Positions 58,072 to 64,000 of a DNA stretch of 64,000 bases are shown piece after piece. This stretch comes from a virus. Position numbers and translations under genes: made by a program. The DNA lies in IMG/VR virus record IMGVR_UViG_3300046168_000026, positions 96,001 to 160,000 of that record, one strand, 5' to 3'. The notes beneath the pieces were generated by a model, which saw nothing but the letters and a program-made list of their open reading frames with translations, was not told where the DNA came from and searched no databases. Within the stretch, counting starts at the first letter, position 1. Every line of letters starts with the position of its first letter.

Positions 58072-58373
58072 TAGTCACCTCTCATTGCTTTTGCTAATGT
58101 TTTCAAGTGTTTCAATTCTTCTTTAGCACCTTTATGTTTAGCATATCTATCTAAACCAAAAGACATCATAATACCTATTGATAAATGTAATCTACCTTTT
58201 TTAGCATTTGGATATTTTCTACCATAAGGTGAAGAGTTAAACCAATCAATCATAGCTTGTGCCATTTCTTTTGATACTTTGATTCCTTCTACTCTATCAG
58301 TATTACCTTTTACAACCTGCTTTAATCCACCGATTGCTGAGATTTCCGTTAATATGTCTTTTAATTTAATCAT
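58071..58373 (-). CDS. Putative internal head protein
   Basis: N-terminal MIKLKDILTE. Confidence 0.55.
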   Translation of the reverse strand: MIKLKDILTEISAIGGLKQVVKGNTDRVEGIKVSKEMAQAMIDWFNSSPYGRKYPNAKKGRLHLSIGIMMSFGLDRYAKHKGAKEELKHLKTLAKAMRGD

Positions 58374-59191
58374 TACTTTACCTTACCACTTCTTTCTAAT
58401 TCTTGTGCTGCACCAATTACATAACTCAATGCAGTTGCAAGGTCTCTGTTCATGTATTTAGCAATCTTTCTAACTGCCATCATTACGATTCTTTTTTCTT
58501 CAGTAGAGAATGATTCAACGATTGCTTTATTTTTTGGGTTAACTGAATCCATCATTTCTTTAGCAGATACTTTCATCTTCTTTAATTTAGATGATGGTAA
58601 TTCGCCCAATCCAAATGACTCGTTTAATAAACTTGTTAGTTTCATTGACTTAGATTCATTAGTAAATTCTTTTGCATTTTCTTTATCATCTTTGTCAACT
58701 GATTTTACAGGATATTTTTTTCCATCTACTTCGAACTCATCTTTGCCTTTAGCGATTGCTTTAGCTCTTTCAGCGCCGAATTCATTTCCTTCTTTAATTT
58801 CATAATATTTCGAAAGTACTTCACCGATTTCATCATAAGTAGACTCCATTCTTTGTTGTAGTGTGTGAACTTCACTTAATGTTTTTTGAAAAACTTTAAA
58901 TGACTCGTTCATTGATTTCATATGTCTGTTAACAGTAACTCTATCAAACCAATCACCCGTTTCTTCGAGTGTTACTTTGTTTGCATTCTCAACAATGTTC
59001 TTAATTGCGCCATATGTTTCCATAAGGTCACCATTACGATAAATTGTTTCACCAAATTTCTTATATGCAGATACGGCTTCAAGAAATGCTCTTTTTTCTT
59101 CTGAAGTCATTTTCTTTTCTTGCTCTTCTTCACCAATGTTTACTCTTTTGTAAGACTTTGATGATTCGTTAAGTAAATCTTTTAATTTCAT
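58373..59191 (-). CDS. Putative prohead core / internal protein
   Basis: MKLKDLLNE at the N-terminus and MKLTSLLNE internally; directly after the protease gene. Confidence 0.55.
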   Translation of the reverse strand: MKLKDLLNESSKSYKRVNIGEEEQEKKMTSEEKRAFLEAVSAYKKFGETIYRNGDLMETYGAIKNIVENANKVTLEETGDWFDRVTVNRHMKSMNESFKVFQKTLSEVHTLQQRMESTYDEIGEVLSKYYEIKEGNEFGAERAKAIAKGKDEFEVDGKKYPVKSVDKDDKENAKEFTNESKSMKLTSLLNESFGLGELPSSKLKKMKVSAKEMMDSVNPKNKAIVESFSTEEKRIVMMAVRKIAKYMNRDLATALSYVIGAAQELERSGKVK

Positions 59192-59205
59192 AATATATCC
59201 CTAAT

Positions 59206-59838
59206 CTAAAAACATTCACAATAGCCACCAACTTCACAGATGATGTCTCTCATAATGTCTTGTGCTTTATTATACTTATAAGTATCTTGTTTTCTACTAA
59301 TACCTTCATTTATAACACCTTCATTCTTTGGCGACATAAATGCCCCATGAGTTGATGGGTTAGATACAAAGTCCCAACAAATTAATTCAAAGTCTTGTTC
59401 TACTGCAACAGTCCCATCTTCACTTATCTGTTTTACAGAACCCATACCTCTTGAAGAGATACCAACAGTACAACCTGCTTTTATAATTTCTTGTAATATT
59501 TTTCCTGATGGTGTATTTAGAATTTCTACTGTTCCGATTACATCATCACCTCTCCACTTTACATTTCTTACAATGTGTGAAGTGTTTTTTAATTCAACTA
59601 CTGATGATTCTGGATGGTCTAATTCACCATACGCTCTATTCTCTGCGATTTCTTTTCCTAAGTACTTAGTAACTTCTCTTCTTAATATATCTTTTGGATA
59701 TACTCGTCCATTTTGGTTTTTAGCGTTTGCTCTTTGTAAAACACCATCTACCAGAAATCTACCATGTTCAGATTTAGCCTCTGCCAACATAGTAGGAGTT
59801 ACTTCAAATATCATTGTATCAATTAAAAGTGATTTCAT
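59206..59838 (-). CDS. Prohead protease (gp21-like)
   Basis: NQNGRVY, GELDHP, GISSRGMGS, WDFVSNPSTHGA. Confidence 0.95.
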   Translation of the reverse strand: MKSLLIDTMIFEVTPTMLAEAKSEHGRFLVDGVLQRANAKNQNGRVYPKDILRREVTKYLGKEIAENRAYGELDHPESSVVELKNTSHIVRNVKWRGDDVIGTVEILNTPSGKILQEIIKAGCTVGISSRGMGSVKQISEDGTVAVEQDFELICWDFVSNPSTHGAFMSPKNEGVINEGISRKQDTYKYNKAQDIMRDIICEVGGYCECF

Positions 59839-59985
59839 CTAACCTTCCCATTGTTTTTTCTTACGATATAAATCAAAGAATACTCTGGCTAATTCATGAC
59901 GAATTAACTTTCGTATTTGTTGGATATCTGTGATTTCCAACTCCTCTTTCAAGGTCACCTTTTTATTTTCACACCCACAAGACAT
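59839..59985 (-). CDS. 48-aa hypothetical protein (below the track cutoff)
   Basis: MSCGCENKKVTLKEELEITDIQQIRKLIRHELARVFFDLYRKKKQWEG* fills the gap between neighbours. Confidence 0.6.
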   Translation of the reverse strand: MSCGCENKKVTLKEELEITDIQQIRKLIRHELARVFFDLYRKKKQWEG

Positions 59986-59986
59986 A

Positions 59987-60532
59987 TTAAGCACTCAATT
60001 CTTTTAATTGTCGTGCAACTTTTAACATTCTTTCAGAAATCTTACCAAATCTTTTTTGAGTAGACTTCCAATACTGACCAGTATGTACACCCGTTTCAGT
60101 TTTTAGTTTAGAGTTCTGATTTACAATCTTTGTAATTTCCCACATCAATCTATTAATCTCTTTAATTGAAGTATTTACTTTTTGATGAGCTTTCATAGAG
60201 TCATCTCGTTTGTAATCACGATAACTAGCCTCAACTATTTTTTCTAACTTAGCTTCAATCTTACTAACAGATTCTAATTTCTTAATATTCTTGTTTGACT
60301 TCTTAGATTTCTTGTACCCAAATACTTCTATGTGGTCATTGTCCATATCGTCCTCACTTTTTGCAAACGCATAAGGAGTTTTTGGTGGACCTGCGCCACC
60401 ATCTAAATTACCTGTAACATTGGCTTCATCTTTAGTTTCTTCTTCCTCTTCTTCTTGTCCAAGTAGAACAGTTTTCTTTTCTTCCAATTCCTCGAATCTT
60501 TTATCGAGTTGTTCAAGTAAAAATTTAGACAT
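59987..60532 (-). CDS. Hypothetical head-cluster protein
   Basis: TPYAF motif, coiled-coil C-terminus; operon context. Confidence 0.6.
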   Translation of the reverse strand: MSKFLLEQLDKRFEELEEKKTVLLGQEEEEEETKDEANVTGNLDGGAGPPKTPYAFAKSEDDMDNDHIEVFGYKKSKKSNKNIKKLESVSKIEAKLEKIVEASYRDYKRDDSMKAHQKVNTSIKEINRLMWEITKIVNQNSKLKTETGVHTGQYWKSTQKRFGKISERMLKVARQLKELSA

Positions 60533-61369
60533 TTATCTTCTCCTTAATTCGTCAAGTAATTGATTATATCTTAATAGAGCTAATATTTGATTTTCGTTAA
60601 CTACTTTATGCTTAGTTAACTCTTTTATAAGATTTATTGTTTCATTAAGTTTAATATTAGTAACTTTATCGGAAATCTTAATAGATTTTAATTCTCTTTT
60701 CAATCTAGCTACCTCAGAAACAACAAATTTTCTTAAATTTTGAGAATTGTCAATGTTATTGATGTAATTTTTCAATATAAGTTTTTGAGATTCTGAAAGA
60801 GTCGAGTATTTTGAATTAAACGAGTCTACTAAGAACTTATATGCTAATAGTCTAACCTCTTTTGGTTGTTTCTGATATTCTTTGTTAGATACATCCTCTG
60901 TTATTACAACTTTATCTGTTGTTATTGATTCAAAGATTGTATTCTTACACTCTACATATTCTTTTGGTGATTGTGATTCACTATTTTCAAATAATTTGTA
61001 TGCAGATGCTAATTCTTTATAATTTGAAACTCTATATTTAAAAAAGTCTTCAATAAGATATGAATCTTTTATAGATTTGATTAAATTGTACTTTTCTCTT
61101 TTTAAAGTACCTTCAATTAACTTAGCTCGTTCTTTTAAAACAATGTTTAAGAACTCTTGTGCTTTATATTGAGAGTCAAAGTTCTCTTTTGTAAGAGCTT
61201 GATATAATTTTAGCTCTGTTGCGAGTTGAGAACCTTTTGTAAAGTGTTTTTTTATAATCTGAGTTGCATAGCAGGTATTATCTGATAAAGTATCAGAGGC
61301 AATTTGTCGAACTAATAGTTCAAACAGAATTCCTGTGTTTTTAAATTTACTATGTTTTAATTTTCCCAT
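60533..61369 (-). CDS. Hypothetical head-cluster protein
   Basis: Start at MGKLKHSKFKNTGILFELLVRQ; downstream of portal. Confidence 0.65.
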   Translation of the reverse strand: MGKLKHSKFKNTGILFELLVRQIASDTLSDNTCYATQIIKKHFTKGSQLATELKLYQALTKENFDSQYKAQEFLNIVLKERAKLIEGTLKREKYNLIKSIKDSYLIEDFFKYRVSNYKELASAYKLFENSESQSPKEYVECKNTIFESITTDKVVITEDVSNKEYQKQPKEVRLLAYKFLVDSFNSKYSTLSESQKLILKNYINNIDNSQNLRKFVVSEVARLKRELKSIKISDKVTNIKLNETINLIKELTKHKVVNENQILALLRYNQLLDELRRR

Positions 61370-61419
61370 TTTTATTACCTTAATTATTAACAACTACACT
61401 ATAAATATCTAAAAAAAAA

Positions 61420-63333
61420 CTAAATCGTGTCATCTATTAAATTGTTCTCATCTAACAACCCACCTTTATCATTAGGTTTGGAGTCATCTTTCAAAGATTC
61501 AAGTATTACACTTCTTGTTTTTCTCTTCATCTTACTAAGACTACTTTTCATAGCTTCGGCTTGTTCATATGCCAATGGTGATATCTTATGTTTACTATAA
61601 GATGTCTCTGGCTTGGACGCTCTTCTATTCATTTTTTGTCCAATTGGGTCTCTTCCAAATGGATTATCATCCGTTTTGTAGTTCCCTGCCTTTGGTGGTC
61701 TTCCCGCGCCATCAAATCCACCATCTGGTGCACCAGGAGGGTTACTTGGAACACCCGAATTACCATATTCGTTTTGTGAACCTTCTTCACCATCACCATT
61801 TTGTTGTATCATAGCTAAATCATGTGGAGTACCAAACGACTCACCTGATTTTATTGGGTCATTACCTTCAGATTCTATCTGTTCATGTCTGAAACCTAAC
61901 TTAAGGTCGTTTATTACCTTACCTTGTTCAAGTTTCCATTCATCGTCTGACATATTAAAGATGTTTTTGTATACCCATTCTTGAGATACCATCTTAAGGT
62001 CTTTTAAATCACTTGCAAGTCTTGTTTTTTCAGTCCAAAGATTTGCTTTCTCTTGTTCGTATATGATTGATGGGTTAGTCAACTCTAATTCAAAGTTAAC
62101 TAAGTCTGCATTTTCATATCCTTGTGAGTATAAGTGAATGATTGCAATCTTTGTTAATTCAGATAGTACAATTTTTTGTAATCTCTCAACAGTTCTTGCG
62201 AATCTAATATCTTCTTGTGCTAATGTTGCTTTACCCTCAACACCTTCTTCATATCCAATAAATGCTTTTGGAACTTTAAGTGCTGCTAACATTCTATTTT
62301 TTAGATATTCAATATCATCAATACCACCGAATTCCATTCCACTTAGGGAATCAATCTCAGTACCACTTTGTCCACCTCTAACAGGTAGATAGTAATCTTC
62401 TAACATATTTTGAAGGTTGAACTTAAGGTTGTAGTCACCTGTATTTTGGTCGAGGTAAGGAACTTTCTTCATTTGGTCAATAATACTTCTCATGTGATTA
62501 TCAACTTCATTAGGTGGAATGTTACCTACATCGATTTTGAACACTCTTTTTTCAGGCGCTCTCATAATTCTATGAATCATCATTGCGTCTTCCATAAGAG
62601 TTAATTGTTTCCAAGTTTTTCTTGCACCTTCAATTAGAGAACGACCATATGGAAGGAAGTTTGTATCTGACATTAATCTAAAGTGTGCCATTTGATAAAA
62701 CTCCATATAGTCTGCTTGTTTGTTAGATGCGACACCATGAGCTGCGCCAGCTGAACCTAACTTAAATCTAACTTCATAAGGATTCTCTGGATTAAAACCT
62801 TCTTCTCTTTCTATTTCATATGCTGACATTGGTGATGCGTTTACAATACCCACACCTTCTTCAATATCAAGATGTAAAAAGTAATCACCATATTTATTCA
62901 TACCTCTAATCCAAGACCAAAGGTTAAACTCTATATTCAGTACATCATAGAAAAGGTTTTGTAATATCTTTTTTACATTCTCGTCATTTGTCTTAATTCT
63001 AAGAACATCACCCATATCATTTTTTAGGGTACATTCATCCGAGTATATATCTAATACAGATGCGATGATTGAATCTTTATCCATCGCTTCATAATCTGTA
63101 TATAATTCTAATTTATTTGAATGGTAGTTGAATTGGTTATTATAAGTTTCCCAATGCTTTCTTGTAGTGTGTAATCTACCGAACCTATCATAATAGGACG
63201 AGCTCCTCAAGTTACCTTGTGATTGTAGTCTTTGAGTATCGATAGCTTGTGTGTTACCTTTACCAATTCTACGAACAACAACTTGGGTGTTGAATAATTT
63301 CTTTAGTCTACCAAATAATGATTTATCTGCCAT
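61420..63333 (-). CDS. Portal protein (gp20-like)
   Basis: LMEDAMMIHRIMRAPEKRVFKIDVGN, MLEDYYLPVRGG, DIEYL, LKVP, DIRFARTVERLQ. Confidence 0.95.
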   Translation of the reverse strand: MADKSLFGRLKKLFNTQVVVRRIGKGNTQAIDTQRLQSQGNLRSSSYYDRFGRLHTTRKHWETYNNQFNYHSNKLELYTDYEAMDKDSIIASVLDIYSDECTLKNDMGDVLRIKTNDENVKKILQNLFYDVLNIEFNLWSWIRGMNKYGDYFLHLDIEEGVGIVNASPMSAYEIEREEGFNPENPYEVRFKLGSAGAAHGVASNKQADYMEFYQMAHFRLMSDTNFLPYGRSLIEGARKTWKQLTLMEDAMMIHRIMRAPEKRVFKIDVGNIPPNEVDNHMRSIIDQMKKVPYLDQNTGDYNLKFNLQNMLEDYYLPVRGGQSGTEIDSLSGMEFGGIDDIEYLKNRMLAALKVPKAFIGYEEGVEGKATLAQEDIRFARTVERLQKIVLSELTKIAIIHLYSQGYENADLVNFELELTNPSIIYEQEKANLWTEKTRLASDLKDLKMVSQEWVYKNIFNMSDDEWKLEQGKVINDLKLGFRHEQIESEGNDPIKSGESFGTPHDLAMIQQNGDGEEGSQNEYGNSGVPSNPPGAPDGGFDGAGRPPKAGNYKTDDNPFGRDPIGQKMNRRASKPETSYSKHKISPLAYEQAEAMKSSLSKMKRKTRSVILESLKDDSKPNDKGGLLDENNLIDDTI

Positions 63334-63371
63334 ATTTTCTACTTCTAATTATATTGTATACTTATACATTC

Positions 63372-63379
63372 TATAAATA
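63372..63379 (-). promoter_or_regulatory. Representative putative late promoter motif TATTTAT(A/T) on the coding strand; ~16 intergenic copies
   Basis: Plus-strand (T/A)ATAAATA at 12455, 15877, 25897, 27451, 28040, 30504, 30845, 33417, 37160, 47904, 52900, 53617, 56633, 56969, 61400 and 63372, each upstream of a minus-strand start. Confidence 0.7.
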
Positions 63380-63407
63380 TACAAAAAAAATAGTTTATTT
63401 CCAAATT

Positions 63408-64000
63408 TTATAACAACCAAGTTAAATCTTGGTCATTACCATGCTGGTCTTTCTGTTTCCAAGGGTCTATTCCAAGGTTTCTATTGTTATAAGCACCTGG
63501 TTGATTCCTTTTTATGTGGGTTAATGTAGTTCTTGTTAAGTCCATACCTTGTTGTCTTAACTTCAATGCCGTATCTCTAACCCAAAGACCTGTTGAGAAA
63601 GATATTACTAAATCATCATTATAACCTCGTTGAGCTTCTGCTCTACTACCATTCCATATAAAAACAAACAACTCATCGATTAATCTTTTTGACCTAATCA
63701 TTGGTGTTCGTTCTCTCATATAAGTATCTAATTTAGATATAACCAATGGGCGAGTTCTACTTGTCATTGAGAACCCAGGAACCATATCGTCTTTTCTTTT
63801 TAAATCAAAACCTTTTCTAAGATGAATATCCTCATCGACATAACCTAAATCTCTGTATGAATAATATAGGTTTTGGTAGTTTCTGTCTATAACTTCTTGT
63901 ATTACTGCCCAACCAATGTTTGCGTTTTCAATTACAAGTAATGCATTGTTCCAATCAGTTGCAACCGATGTTAAAAATGCACCATATTGTTTTGTTTCAA
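63408..64000 (-). CDS. Terminase large subunit, C-terminal nuclease part (starts outside the window)
   Basis: Frame open to the window edge: LLVIENANIGWAVIQ...PGFSMT...GYNDDLVIS; directly upstream of portal. Confidence 0.88.
   Translation of the reverse strand, partial: ETKQYGAFLTSVATDWNNALLVIENANIGWAVIQEVIDRNYQNLYYSYRDLGYVDEDIHLRKGFDLKRKDDMVPGFSMTSRTRPLVISKLDTYMRERTPMIRSKRLIDELFVFIWNGSRAEAQRGYNDDLVISFSTGLWVRDTALKLRQQGMDLTRTTLTHIKRNQPGAYNNRNLGIDPWKQKDQHGNDQDLTWLL

Noticed and set aside
1-64000. tRNA, rRNA, integrase or transposase genes
   Set aside because: None recognised; intergenic gaps are short and explained by promoters and terminators (tRNAscan not run)

Overview
This 64-kb, AT-rich window comes from a large T4-like contractile-tailed phage, with essentially all genes on the minus strand. 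Six TTTG-N19/20-TATATT(AG/TA/GT) promoters resemble the Bacteroidota -33/-7 consensus, and a bS21 gene sits among the head genes; both point to a Bacteroidota-type host. From right to left the window holds: terminase (partial), portal, head proteins, prohead protease, putative internal proteins, bS21, scaffold, major capsid and PhoH; then a fibre block; then neck, sheath, tube, chaperone, tape measure and baseplate genes. The replication and metabolism block follows: a PolA-like protein, SSB, RecA/UvsX, 5'-3' exonuclease, helicase, NrdB/NrdA, thioredoxin, GT2, Glf, a 2OG oxygenase, two Mom-like paralogs and PolB (partial). The standout is a candidate phage 'procollagen' pathway at 33.4-46.1 kb. 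It has two collagen-like chains of more than 1000 residues with Lys frequent at the Y position. Each is capped by an N-terminal Hint (intein-like) domain that lacks Cys1 but keeps the terminal His-Asn. Directly downstream are a 2OG-Fe(II) hydroxylase, a GT2 glycosyltransferase and a GT4 fused to a PLOD-type lysyl hydroxylase domain. Several single-base homopolymer frameshifts look like sequencing or assembly errors. All functional calls come from reading motifs by eye; no searches were run.
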